DNA of 64,000 nucleotides from an uncultured Trueperaceae bacterium (GTDB taxonomy: Bacteria > Deinococcota > Deinococci > Deinococcales > Trueperaceae). Under the pieces are notes generated by a model. It saw nothing but the letters and a program-made list of their open reading frames with translations. It ran no database searches and had not been told where the DNA came from. Numbering within the stretch: position 1 is the first letter of the stretch; the number at the start of each line of letters is the position of its first letter. This document shows, piece by piece, positions 31,874 through 42,637 of this stretch. A program made the translations under genes and the position numbers. The stretch is taken from positions 288,001-352,000 of the forward strand of contig CAWCXJ010000013.1 of NCBI GenBank assembly GCA_963799485.1, read 5' to 3'.

Positions 31874-32223
31874 CACGGGGCAAGAAACAAACGCGAGCCC
31901 AAGGTTCTGTGAGGATTTTCCCCTGACACCCGGTTTGCTTCAGGGACTGGCTGAAGACTCTACGTAGATGAAGATTGTCAAGCTGAACAAACGGTTAAAA
32001 AAGCGGTGTGTAAGAAGCGTGTAAGAACGCGCCGGGTATGGTTTGGACAGGGTTACGCGCCCGTCCTCTTACACCTTCTCTCCCTTTGCTCACGTCGTCC
32101 CGGCGCGACCCCTTACCCTCGGTTTTACCGCCGAGGGTTGACTTTTGGCCCGGGATGGCGAAGTGCAAGAACTCGGCGGCGAAACCGGGGCCCGTGAGCC
32201 GGGGCCTGTGAGATAGTAAAGAT

Positions 32224-33342
32224 ATGCGTTTCTTATGCGGTGTTTTGTGCAGCTTTTTGTGGGGCTTTTTGTGGGGTGGGGTGAGCGCGCAGACGTTTCG
32301 CGTGGGCGCGGTGTTGCCGCTAAGTGGTGACGCAGCGCGGACAGGCCAGGTTGCAGCAGCGGCGCTTGGAGCATCGGCGGAAACCCTGCTCGGAGCCGGG
32401 ATAACTGTCGAACTTGCCGTTTTAGACAGCGAAAGTAGCGCTTTTTACGCTGCGGCTCAAGCAAAAACCTTAATTACTTCAGGTGTTCACGCGCTTCTTT
32501 GTTGCGAGAGTGGGGAAGTGGCGGCTTGAGTTGCCCCCATCGTCACAGCTGCGGGCGTGCCGATGCTGAGCCTTGCACCGGTAACAGAGAACAGCACTCA
32601 GGTCTTTTCGCTCGCAGCGAGTGACGCGCAGGTTTTACGGCGGCTGGCGCTAGAACCTCCCCAGGCACCGCTGGCACTGATGGCTCCGGTAGGCGACCCC
32701 GGCGACCTGGCGAAGGAAATCCTTGGAAGCGCAAGCGCCGGCGTCGTCCGGTATCCGGCAGCGCGCATACCGCTGACCCCTGAAGCGCTCCTCATTGCAA
32801 CCCGTGAACCCGGCAGCGTCGTGATTTGGGACGGTGCAGCGGGAACTTTACGGGCCGCCGAAGCACTCTCGGCGCGCGGTTTTGCGGGCGTGCGCGTCGT
32901 GCGGGCCGAGGTCTGGGGTGAGCTTGACGCGCTCGAGCGGGCTGAACTGACCGGCGCACTCAGCGTCGTCAGCCCGGCAGTTCTGGGTTACAGGCTCCCC
33001 GACACGCATCCCTCCAAAGAGGAAGTCTCGCGCTTCCGGCGGGCGCTGCGCGAGGTAATCCTCGAGAGTTCGGACGCAGAAACCGTCGCTACAGCAGCCG
33101 AAGCGTGGGACGCGGCGCAGCTTTTAGGTGCCGCCGCCGAACAGGTGCTGACCTATGCGGGCTCAGCCGACCTCACGGTAGCGGCGGTTCGGGGTGCCCT
33201 GCGCGACGCGCTTGTCGGTCTAGGGCCGGTCGTCGGCGCGGGTGGCAGTTACGATTTTTCGGGTGAAAGCGGGTCGGGACTGCTCGCCGATTCGCTGGTA
33301 CTGGCGGTGTGGCGCAGCGGACGCTTTTTTCCGTATCCCTGA
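32224..33342 (+). pseudogene. Periplasmic binding protein (LivK/Peripla_BP_6-like) interrupted by an in-frame TGA at 32527
   Basis: Signal peptide and VGAVLPLSG; the frame continues in phase after TGA (VAPIVTAAGVPML); AWDAA near the C-terminus. Confidence 0.7.
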
Positions 33343-33414
33343 AAATTCTTCCGGGCGCGCACGCAGCAGCGCGGGCCGACGGTCAAACGCGGCGTAAAGA
33401 GTAGACTGTCTCTA

Positions 33415-34497
33415 ATGATCGAGAAGCTTCAAACCCTGACCGAAGAGTACGAGATGCTCGAGGCGTCTTTGGGAGACCCCAAACTCCTAAACGACCAGAC
33501 CCGTTACCGCGAGACGATGCAACGTTACAGCGAGCTGCAGAGTATCGTCCGCGCCTTTGAAACCTATCAAGACATCCTGAGTAGCATCGACAATGCCCGC
33601 GAAGCCCTCGCCGAGCCTGAGTTAGAAGAGCTGGCGAGAGAAGAACTCGCAGAACTCGAGCTGCAAAAAGCGGCGCAGGAAACGCGGCTCGAGGCTCTAC
33701 TCCTGCCCAAAGACCCGTTCGACGACAAAAACGTCATCGTCGAGATTCGCGCTGCAGCGGGCGGCGACGAAGCCTCTTTGTTCGCCGCCGAGGTCTTCGA
33801 GATGTACGGGCGTTACGCCGCCGAACTCGGCTTCAAGTCCGAAGTTCTAGACACCTACCCGAGCAGCGTCGGCGGGTTCTCCAAGGTGAGTTTTGAAATT
33901 ACCGGACGCGGCGCGTACAGCAAGTTCAAGTTCGAGTCGGGTGTCCACCGGGTTCAGCGCGTGCCCGCGACCGAAACGCAGGGGCGCATCCATACGAGTA
34001 CGATTACGGTGGCCGTGTTGCCCGAAGCCGAAGACGTCGATTTCGCCCTTGCCCCCGCCGACTACCGCGTCGATGTGTACCGCAGTAGCGGCCCCGGCGG
34101 GCAGAGCGTCAACACCACCGATTCGGCGGTCAGAATTACCTACAAACCCGGCACGCCGGACGAAATCATCGTCACGTGTCAGGACGGTAAATCGCAGATT
34201 AAAAACAAAGAAAAAGCGCTGACGGTTTTACGGGCGCGGCTTCTGGAACGCGAACGCGAAAAGGCTGCCGCCGAAGCGCGTGAGGCGCGTTTAGTCCAAA
34301 TTGGTACAGGCGACCGTTCTGAACGTATCCGCACCTACAACTTTCCGCAGTCACGTATCACTGACCACCGTGTTGGCTACACGACGAATAATCTCAGTCA
34401 AGTGCTGTCAGGAAATCTCGACGAACTCACCCAAGCCCTCGCAAACGCCGAACAGCAGGAGCGTCTCGGGCAGATGGCTTACGGTGGCGCGGCGTGA
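33415..34497 (+). CDS. prfA: Peptide chain release factor 1
   Basis: GVHRVQRVPATE (PxT), GPGGQSVN and RSERIRTYNFPQ motifs. Confidence 0.96.
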   Translation: MIEKLQTLTEEYEMLEASLGDPKLLNDQTRYRETMQRYSELQSIVRAFETYQDILSSIDNAREALAEPELEELAREELAELELQKAAQETRLEALLLPKDPFDDKNVIVEIRAAAGGDEASLFAAEVFEMYGRYAAELGFKSEVLDTYPSSVGGFSKVSFEITGRGAYSKFKFESGVHRVQRVPATETQGRIHTSTITVAVLPEAEDVDFALAPADYRVDVYRSSGPGGQSVNTTDSAVRITYKPGTPDEIIVTCQDGKSQIKNKEKALTVLRARLLEREREKAAAEAREARLVQIGTGDRSERIRTYNFPQSRITDHRVGYTTNNLSQVLSGNLDELTQALANAEQQERLGQMAYGGAA

Positions 34498-34957
34498 GTT
34501 TGTCGTTGCCGCCGCCATACTGCTCGACGCACGCGGTCGGGTTCTGCTGGTAGGCAACGACTGGCAAGGGTTTGGAAACGTCCGTTATACGCTCCCCGGC
34601 GGGGTCGTCGAACGCGGCGAATCGACACTCGACGCCCTTTCACGCGAAGTGATGGAAGAGACCGGGCTTAAAGTCACCCGGATCGAGCATTTGGCGTATT
34701 CGGTGCACGTCGAAGATGTGCGCCGCAACGATCGGGCGTTGTCGTTTGCCTTCGTCGCTGCTTATGATGGGCTCCTAAACCCTCGAGACCCGGACGGCTT
34801 TATCGTCGAGGCGCGTTTTTTTCCGGTCGAAGAGGTTGAGCAGATGATTCCGATCATGCCGATACGTGAACCACTTGCCAACTACCTAAGGGATGGTAAA
34901 ACAGGCAGGTTCTACGCGTATGCCGGGTGGGACGGACGGGGAGGAAAAAGTGTATGA
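34484..34957 (+). CDS. NUDIX hydrolase
   Basis: PGGVVERGESTLDALSREVMEETGL Nudix box; GTG start overlapping the prfA end. Confidence 0.88.
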   Translation: MARREFVVAAAILLDARGRVLLVGNDWQGFGNVRYTLPGGVVERGESTLDALSREVMEETGLKVTRIEHLAYSVHVEDVRRNDRALSFAFVAAYDGLLNPRDPDGFIVEARFFPVEEVEQMIPIMPIREPLANYLRDGKTGRFYAYAGWDGRGGKSV

Positions 34958-35331
34958 GTGATTACGGGCCGAGAGGCGGTACTTTTAGAGCGGACTACGC
35001 GCGGGAATTACGCGAGTTGCGCCGCTTCGCGCACCTGTTGGACGAAGCGTTCCGCATTCCGGTGATCGGTTACCGGGTCGGCTTGGAGCCTATTTTGGGT
35101 CTCGTCCCCATCATTGGTGACGTAAGCGGGTTTTTGCTTTCGGGCTACCTGATCGTGCGGGCGGCGCGTCTCGGGCTGCCCCGGGCACTGGTCTCTAAGA
35201 TGATTTTCAACGCTGTTCTGGACGCGTCTATCGGCAGTATCCCCATCGTAGGCGACATCTTCGACTTTTTCTGGAAGGTCAACAAACGCAACATGCGCCT
35301 CGTCGAACGCTACTTGGCGGCGCGTGCCTAG
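34954..35331 (+). CDS. DUF4112 family membrane protein
   Basis: LLDEAFRIP, GLEPILGLVPIIGD and GDIFD...NKRN motifs. Confidence 0.85.
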   Translation: MSDYGPRGGTFRADYARELRELRRFAHLLDEAFRIPVIGYRVGLEPILGLVPIIGDVSGFLLSGYLIVRAARLGLPRALVSKMIFNAVLDASIGSIPIVGDIFDFFWKVNKRNMRLVERYLAARA

Positions 35332-35842
35332 CCCTAAATACAGTTCCAAGGCCGGAATCAACACACCAGACCGGAGCCGGAGAGTTGCGCGGCTCCGGTC
35401 GCTCAGCCGCTTGCTCGACAGTTCGGTGCGGCTGCCCATTATCGGCTATCGCGTCGGGCTCGACCCGATTATCGGTCTGATTCCGGGGTTTGGCGACGCG
35501 GTGACGCTGCTGCCGGCAGGCTATATCATTTTGGAAGCGTACCGCTTGGGCGTGCCGCGCCGCACCGTTACGAGAATGGCGCTTAACGTCGGTATCGAAA
35601 CGCTTTTCGGCAGCGTACCTGTTTTAGGCGACATCTTCGACGCGGCTTTTAAGGCCAATACGCGCAACTTGTATCTGCTCGAGCGTCACCTCGGGCCACT
35701 CGGCGACAAACCGCTGCAGCGCCCTTCGAACAAGGGTGTCACAGCCTTCTTAGGATTGGCTCTGCTACTCTCGCTTTTAGGCGTCGGGCTCGCCTTGTGG
35801 TTGGGCCTGTGGCTGTTTCGGAGGCTCGTAGCGGCCCTTTAG
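35324..35842 (+). CDS. DUF4112 family membrane protein (tandem paralog)
   Basis: LLDSSVRLP, GLDPIIGLIPGFGD and GDIFDAAFKANTRN motifs; extra C-terminal TM. Confidence 0.85.
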   Translation: MPSPKYSSKAGINTPDRSRRVARLRSLSRLLDSSVRLPIIGYRVGLDPIIGLIPGFGDAVTLLPAGYIILEAYRLGVPRRTVTRMALNVGIETLFGSVPVLGDIFDAAFKANTRNLYLLERHLGPLGDKPLQRPSNKGVTAFLGLALLLSLLGVGLALWLGLWLFRRLVAAL

Positions 35843-35959
35843 CGCTACTGGCTACAGAGTCGGTTGGTAATAACGTGTATGTACCCTTTACGACACGGGC
35901 TTTTGCAGCCGACAGGTAGGGTAGCTTTTACGGCGTTGTTGCGCCGGGAATGCGAAGTT

Positions 35960-36970
35960 ATGAACAAATTAAACTTTATCTACGTTGCTGCATTTACCGG
36001 CCTGCTGACACTTGGCGCGTGCAACAGCACAACCGTTTCAGCGCCGCCGGAGCCCCAACCCGTCGCGCCTGACCTCTCGAACCTCGAGGTTTCAGCCGCC
36101 AACGCCGGCGAACTGATCTTCTCGAGCGTCAAGGGTACGCCCAGCGACGCGAAAACGATCACGCTTAAAAATATCGGCGACGCGCCCTTGGACCTCGCGG
36201 CGCTCGCGCTGACCGGGCCGGACGCCGAGGCTTTTACCGTCTCGCTACCGGGATTGCCCACTCGGATAAAACCCGGCGGCGTACTCGAGGCCGCTGTCAC
36301 GTTCGTACCGGGTTCGGCGGGCAGCAAAAGCGCCGAGGTGCAGATTGTCAGCGGCAACGTCCAAGCCCCCGGTATCGGGCTTTACGGCCTTGGCAGCGAA
36401 GGCGAGCAGGGCGAAAACGAGCCGACCCTACAGCAGATTGTCGATACGCTCGGCTACAAAGTCGACGTCGGTAACAGCGAGCTCGGGTTGGGCAGCGGAG
36501 ACGCACCTATCGGTGACGAGGTGCTTGCTCCCCTTTTTGTCAAGGCGGGGAGTGGGCAGGTCAAGCTCGAGGTCGTCGCCCGCTACGACCCTGAAAAACA
36601 GCTGCCTTACGGCTTTTTTGTTCTCGACGCGGCGCAGCCGGTCAAGCAGCAGGTCGGGCTTATCGCGGCGTCCGAAACGCAGAAGCTGCTGCCGGTACGG
36701 GCTTCGGGTGGCGCCTATTTCGACCCCGGCGACGTCCCCTTCGGTATCTACGGGTATGCTGGCGGCAGGGTTCAGTACAGCCTCGACAGGCTCAACACCG
36801 GCAGCATTGCCCACGCGCTGCGCGTTTATCCAATGGTAGATAGGGACGGCGTTCGTGTTCCCAACGCTTTTTTGATCGGCCTCGAGGAGGCTAAAAACGG
36901 TGACTATCAGGACGCTTTGTTTACCATTAGAAATGTCAGGGTTGCGCAAAACGCTGCGTCCACGCCCTAA
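35960..36970 (+). CDS. Lipoprotein with an Ig-like (ASH/choice-of-anchor D-type) domain
   Basis: LGAC lipobox; ITLKNIGDAPL..., VTFVP and GDYQD motifs. Confidence 0.72.
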   Translation: MNKLNFIYVAAFTGLLTLGACNSTTVSAPPEPQPVAPDLSNLEVSAANAGELIFSSVKGTPSDAKTITLKNIGDAPLDLAALALTGPDAEAFTVSLPGLPTRIKPGGVLEAAVTFVPGSAGSKSAEVQIVSGNVQAPGIGLYGLGSEGEQGENEPTLQQIVDTLGYKVDVGNSELGLGSGDAPIGDEVLAPLFVKAGSGQVKLEVVARYDPEKQLPYGFFVLDAAQPVKQQVGLIAASETQKLLPVRASGGAYFDPGDVPFGIYGYAGGRVQYSLDRLNTGSIAHALRVYPMVDRDGVRVPNAFLIGLEEAKNGDYQDALFTIRNVRVAQNAASTP

Positions 36971-37076
36971 ACTTTGCGCTAAAAAACTTTTTTTACCCTA
37001 GGCGTTTACAAAAGCTTCAGTTGCCGGACGTACCGTTGCGTTCGGCTTTGCCGACTCTTTGTGTAAAATCTAACAT

Positions 37077-38381
37077 ATGTCGGACACACCTATCTTCGTC
37101 GTCGGCGCGCCGCGTTCAGGGACGACGCTGCTCGCTTCGATGTTAGCGGGCCACAGCCGCATTGCCTGCGGCCCCGAAACCCAGTTTTTCAACAAGCTCT
37201 CCCCTAAACGGCTCGAGGCAGCGGTCAGCGACCCGGCGTGGCCCAACCGGGCGGTTAAACTCGTCACCTCGCTGAGGCTGGCAAATCAGCCGGTTGCCGC
37301 GCTGTTCGGTCACAGCGAGCACGGTGTAAGGGAGTTTTTGGAGGCAAGAGGTCCCGGCGTCGGAGTCATTTTAGAATCTTTGACGGCACTTTACGCGCTC
37401 GAGCAGGGCAAACCACGTTGGGCCGAAAAAACCCCCAACCATCTGTTGCACCTTCCGACCATTCGCGCAAGCTATCCACAAGCGCCGATTGTCCGCATCG
37501 TGCGCGACCCGCGTGACAGCGCCCTGTCGATGCGGCAATTGCCGTGGGCCAGCCCTTCGGCGCTCGCCAACAGCTATTTGTGGACGGCGTGGTTTAGCGA
37601 AAGCCAGCCGTTTTTCGAACGCGACCCGAATACCTTGACGCTACGTTACGAAGACCTCGTAAGCGCACCCGAAACGGTCTTGACGAGACTTTGCGCGTTT
37701 ATCGGGGAGACGTTCGAACCGGGGATGCTCGAGACCCAAAAAACCGGTCGAGGCGTCTCATCGCCCAATGAAAGCTGGAAAACCTCGAACACGCGCACAC
37801 TAGACCCCGGCCGAACGCAAGTCTGGCGAAAAGAAACCCCCGAGCTGCAGCGGGTGCTGAGCTGCGCTTGTGCGTCCGGTATCGAAGCGTTCGGTTATCC
37901 TCACCCCGTAAAAGCCGACGCGACGCTCAGCATTTACCCGCTCAACCCGCGCGCGGCAGAAGCGCACGAAGAGGTACTCTCAGACCTTTTGGCAGAAGGT
38001 GTCAGGCCGCTGGAAATGAAGCGCTTAAAGAACAAAGCCGAACTACTGTTCTTACCGAGTTTGCCAAAGGGTAAAAAGCTGCTCCCCGAACTTTTCAAGT
38101 TGGGGCGGTTGCTGCTTACCCGCCGCGTCAAGGGGCAAACGACGTATTATGTGCAGTCCGGTAAACCTGTGAGCTTACCCGAGCAAGTTCTGAAGACGCT
38201 GTGCCGGACGCTGGCGAGCCCTTACGCGCCCGCTACCGGAGCGAAACCCACCCCTCGGCTCACATCCCCCGGTCAGCCCGCTGCGCCGCTCGCGCCGCAT
38301 CTTCGTAGTCTGCCGCGAACTCAGTATGGGGCGGGACGCGTCAGGGCTCGGCCCAACCCGCGCGGACAAGCTCGAGACTGA
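37077..38381 (+). CDS. Sulfotransferase family protein
   Basis: FVVGAPRSGTTLL (5'-PSB), WAEKTP, IVRDPRD and RYEDL motifs; TAAAAT-N7-ATG. Confidence 0.88.
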   Translation: MSDTPIFVVGAPRSGTTLLASMLAGHSRIACGPETQFFNKLSPKRLEAAVSDPAWPNRAVKLVTSLRLANQPVAALFGHSEHGVREFLEARGPGVGVILESLTALYALEQGKPRWAEKTPNHLLHLPTIRASYPQAPIVRIVRDPRDSALSMRQLPWASPSALANSYLWTAWFSESQPFFERDPNTLTLRYEDLVSAPETVLTRLCAFIGETFEPGMLETQKTGRGVSSPNESWKTSNTRTLDPGRTQVWRKETPELQRVLSCACASGIEAFGYPHPVKADATLSIYPLNPRAAEAHEEVLSDLLAEGVRPLEMKRLKNKAELLFLPSLPKGKKLLPELFKLGRLLLTRRVKGQTTYYVQSGKPVSLPEQVLKTLCRTLASPYAPATGAKPTPRLTSPGQPAAPLAPHLRSLPRTQYGAGRVRARPNPRGQARD

Positions 38382-38545
38382 CCTGCGAAAACGCCGCGCT
38401 GCCAAAGGCCCTGTCGCTGTCCGGGTCGGGTCGATAGTACGCCAGAAGCCGCCCGTAACGGTCACGCTCGGTTCCGGGTTGCACGTAAACTTCGCGGCCT
38501 TCTAAAAGCACGTCCGCAAACGCACTCGCCTGCTCCAAATAACGC
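38260..38545 (-). pseudogene. Thermonuclease (SNase) remnant
   Basis: LLEGREV...RDRYGRLLAY...LVRAGWAEP*RVPPHTEF...AQRADRGM*; two in-frame TGA. Confidence 0.7.
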
Positions 38546-38804
38546 GCCAGGTCGCGTAAAACCGGTACCCGGTCGCCTGAGCGCGGCGCTGCGCCGAGGG
38601 CGACAAACGACAAGACGACCAACCGGCGGCTAGCCGTGCGGCGGTTGCGTTGCAGCTTGTCCGGTCACGCGCTAAAACTTGAAGACAGGCAAAAAAGTAC
38701 GTACCTGTTTTTGGCGTAGACGGCGTGGATTTATAGTAGTGCGCAAGTTTTGGGGAGCTCAAACTTCAAGCCTCGAGCCCCCTCATCACGCAACCACGTC
38801 AAGA

Positions 38805-40070
<1,266 letters not shown>

Positions 40071-40259
40071 TCTCCTTAGGGGGCTACGCTGAAACGCACC
40101 CCGATGTTTAATTGGCCTGCACTGACCTGCGTAGCTTATGCTCTGCGTGAGTAGAGTCTATCATGAGGTTTCGTTGCCGGATTTGACCCTTTTACGCGGT
40201 TTAGGGAAGTAAACCCTGTTAAGCGGCCTATACCTCACACTTGTTGGTAGCATAGGGGT

Positions 40260-41486
40260 GTGAGGTATCAGGGCCGATTTCCAACGCAGATCGCTGTCAC
40301 GGCGGCGCTTACCATTCTCCGGCAACACGCACCGAGGCTGGGAGCCGAACAAGTCGCACTACAAGAAGCTTTAGGCCGGACGCTTGCAGGAGACTTGGGG
40401 AGCCCCGTAAACCATCCGACGCTCGACAATTCCGCGCTAGACGGCTACGCCTGCCGCGCAGCGGACACCGTAAACGCAACGCCGGCGACTCCCGTGTCCC
40501 TGCGAGTTATCGGTGACATTCCGGCAGGCAGCGTCTTTTACGGTGAGGTCGGGCACGGCGAAGCGGTCGGCATCTATACCGGCGCGCCCATACCCAAGGG
40601 AGCGGACGCGATCATCGGGGTGGAGTTTACGAAGGTTTTGGAGGAACAGGTGCAGCTGAGTCGCCCCGCCAGCACGGGCGACATCCGGCCCAAAGCGCAG
40701 GATTTACGGCGCGGCGAGGTTTATCTTAAAAAAGGGCAGCGGTTAAGTGAAGCGGCAGTCGGGATTGCGGCGGCGATGGGTTACGCTACCGTGCCGGTCG
40801 TCAAACGTCCCCGCGTCGGTATCTTGGCGACCGGCGACGAACTCGCCGAACCGGGGCAGCCGCTCCGGGACGCTCAGGTCTACAACTCGAACGCCTACGC
40901 TCTAGCTGCATTAGTAACAAGTGCAGGTGGCGAAGCAGTGCGTTTGCCCAACGTGAAAGACGATTTGAAACTCTTGGAAGCTAGTTTGGACGGCCTCCAA
41001 CTCGACCTCTTGCTCACGAGTGGCGGCGTCTCGATGGGCCGTTACGACTTCGTTCGTGATTTGCTCTTTGAAAAAGGCACCGTCTATTTCTGGAAAGTCG
41101 CCATGAAACCGGGCGGGCCGGTCCTGTTCGGGCGTTACGGCGACCTGCCGCTTTTGGGGTTACCGGGCAACCCGGTCTCGAGCCTCGTCGTGTTCAGGCT
41201 CTTGGGTGAGGCATTTTTGGGAGCCGCCCTGGGAAGTACGGAAGCTCTCCCCTACTATCGGCGCAGACCCGCTTACGCTGCCACGCCGTTTAAGGGTTCG
41301 GGATTTAAGGAGACGTTCGCCCGCGTAACGCTTCACTACGACGCCGATGGGCGCACCCAGGCCAGCAGCACCGGCAACCAGAGCTCGGGCGTTTTACGTT
41401 CACTGCTGTTAGCCGACGCGCTCGCGGTGGTTCCGCCCCACACGAACGTCGAAGTTGGGGAGCGGCTCGAGGTCATGCCTTTTTGA
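40260..41486 (+). CDS. moeA: Molybdopterin molybdenumtransferase
   Basis: SALDGYA, IYTGAPIP, TGDEL, TSGGVSMG, KPGGP and LPGNPVS motifs. Confidence 0.93.
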   Translation: MRYQGRFPTQIAVTAALTILRQHAPRLGAEQVALQEALGRTLAGDLGSPVNHPTLDNSALDGYACRAADTVNATPATPVSLRVIGDIPAGSVFYGEVGHGEAVGIYTGAPIPKGADAIIGVEFTKVLEEQVQLSRPASTGDIRPKAQDLRRGEVYLKKGQRLSEAAVGIAAAMGYATVPVVKRPRVGILATGDELAEPGQPLRDAQVYNSNAYALAALVTSAGGEAVRLPNVKDDLKLLEASLDGLQLDLLLTSGGVSMGRYDFVRDLLFEKGTVYFWKVAMKPGGPVLFGRYGDLPLLGLPGNPVSSLVVFRLLGEAFLGAALGSTEALPYYRRRPAYAATPFKGSGFKETFARVTLHYDADGRTQASSTGNQSSGVLRSLLLADALAVVPPHTNVEVGERLEVMPF

Positions 41487-41559
41487 AAGTGCCGAAAAAC
41501 AGCGACCTTGTGTACAGACACTAAGGGTTCAGCGGCGAAGCGTAGAGTGTGGCGTATTC

Positions 41560-41820
41560 CTGAGATAGTACGAACCGAGACCACCGACCGCTGGCACACG
41601 ACCTTTCCCGGCACACGTCGGCGTGCTGCTGTCGGTGAGGTAGGCAATACGACGCGCTAGGCTTCACTGGGCGAAAAGAAGCGAGCAGTCGAGGCGTATT
41701 TGCGAGAAAACTTTGCCGGGTTGACCAGGGCTGAGTTGCACAAACTCGCGGCCTTAAAAGCTTACCGGACTTTTACAAACGTTTCGGCAACGCCTATCAT
41801 GTGCAGCTTCAGCTTGCGAC
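41560..41820 (+). pseudogene. Remnant of a stand-alone B3/B4 (PheRS beta-like) domain protein
   Basis: Fragments WHTTFPG / HVGVLL / KRAVEAYLRENFAGLTRAEL..L.ALKAYR / YKRFGNAYHVQLQL in shifting frames. Confidence 0.5.
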
Positions 41821-41904
41821 CATTTCGCCAAAACATCCTGCTCTTCGCCCTGAAAGCCGAGGCCGAACTGAGAGTTTACGCGGCGCACAGTCCCGGAGAC
41901 GCCC

Positions 41905-42510
41905 ATGCCTAGCCCGGAGTTTTTACCGACCTCGCTCGTCGTCGCCCTGATACCCGGCACCGGCGCGATCTATACGGTCTCGAGCGGGCTCTTTTACGGT
42001 CTCAGGGCAAGTATTGCCGCAGCGTTCGGTTGCACCCTGGGCGCCGTGCCGCATTTACTGGCAAGCGTTCTCGGACTGTCGCGCATCCTTCAATTGAGCA
42101 CCGCCCTTTTTCAAGGGCTCAAGTTTGCAGGGGCGCTGTACCTGCTCTACCTCGCCTGGATGATGTGGCGTGAACACGGTGCGCTCGCGTCCGCTTCAGC
42201 TACGCCCGAACGAAACACCGGGCAAATCATCGTAAAAGCTGTTCTCAACGTCTTAAATCCCAAACCGACGCTCTTCTTTTTTGCGTTTTTGCCGCTCGCT
42301 GTCTCACCGGAAGCCGCTTCACCGCCTGCTGAACTGCTGCTTTTGGGTTTTTTTATGCTCGTCACGTTCGTCGTTTTTCTCGGCTACAGCCTGCTGGCGA
42401 ACCACTCTCGCCAATATATCGTCGCTTCAAGGGGTATCGTCTGGCTGAAACGCACTTTTGCAGGGGCGTTTGCGGCGCTCGGCGTAAAGCTGGCGCTGAG
42501 CACCCGGTAA
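41905..42510 (+). CDS. LysE/RhtB family exporter
   Basis: LIPGTG, LKFAGALYLLYLAW and LNPK motifs. Confidence 0.85.
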   Translation: MPSPEFLPTSLVVALIPGTGAIYTVSSGLFYGLRASIAAAFGCTLGAVPHLLASVLGLSRILQLSTALFQGLKFAGALYLLYLAWMMWREHGALASASATPERNTGQIIVKAVLNVLNPKPTLFFFAFLPLAVSPEAASPPAELLLLGFFMLVTFVVFLGYSLLANHSRQYIVASRGIVWLKRTFAGAFAALGVKLALSTR

Positions 42511-42637
42511 AAGCACGCGGTAAAAACGCCCAGTAAAAACACCTGGTGAGCTGCGGGCGCGCAGCGCTTCGTTCCGGTTGCGGCTAGATGAGCCTGAATA
42601 CGCGGTTTCTAACCGTCGGCGCGTTAGACTGACGCTT

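Noticed and set aside
32527..32560. Selenocysteine codon
   Set aside because: No recognisable SECIS hairpin and not a redox-motif position; nonsense mutation is more parsimonious
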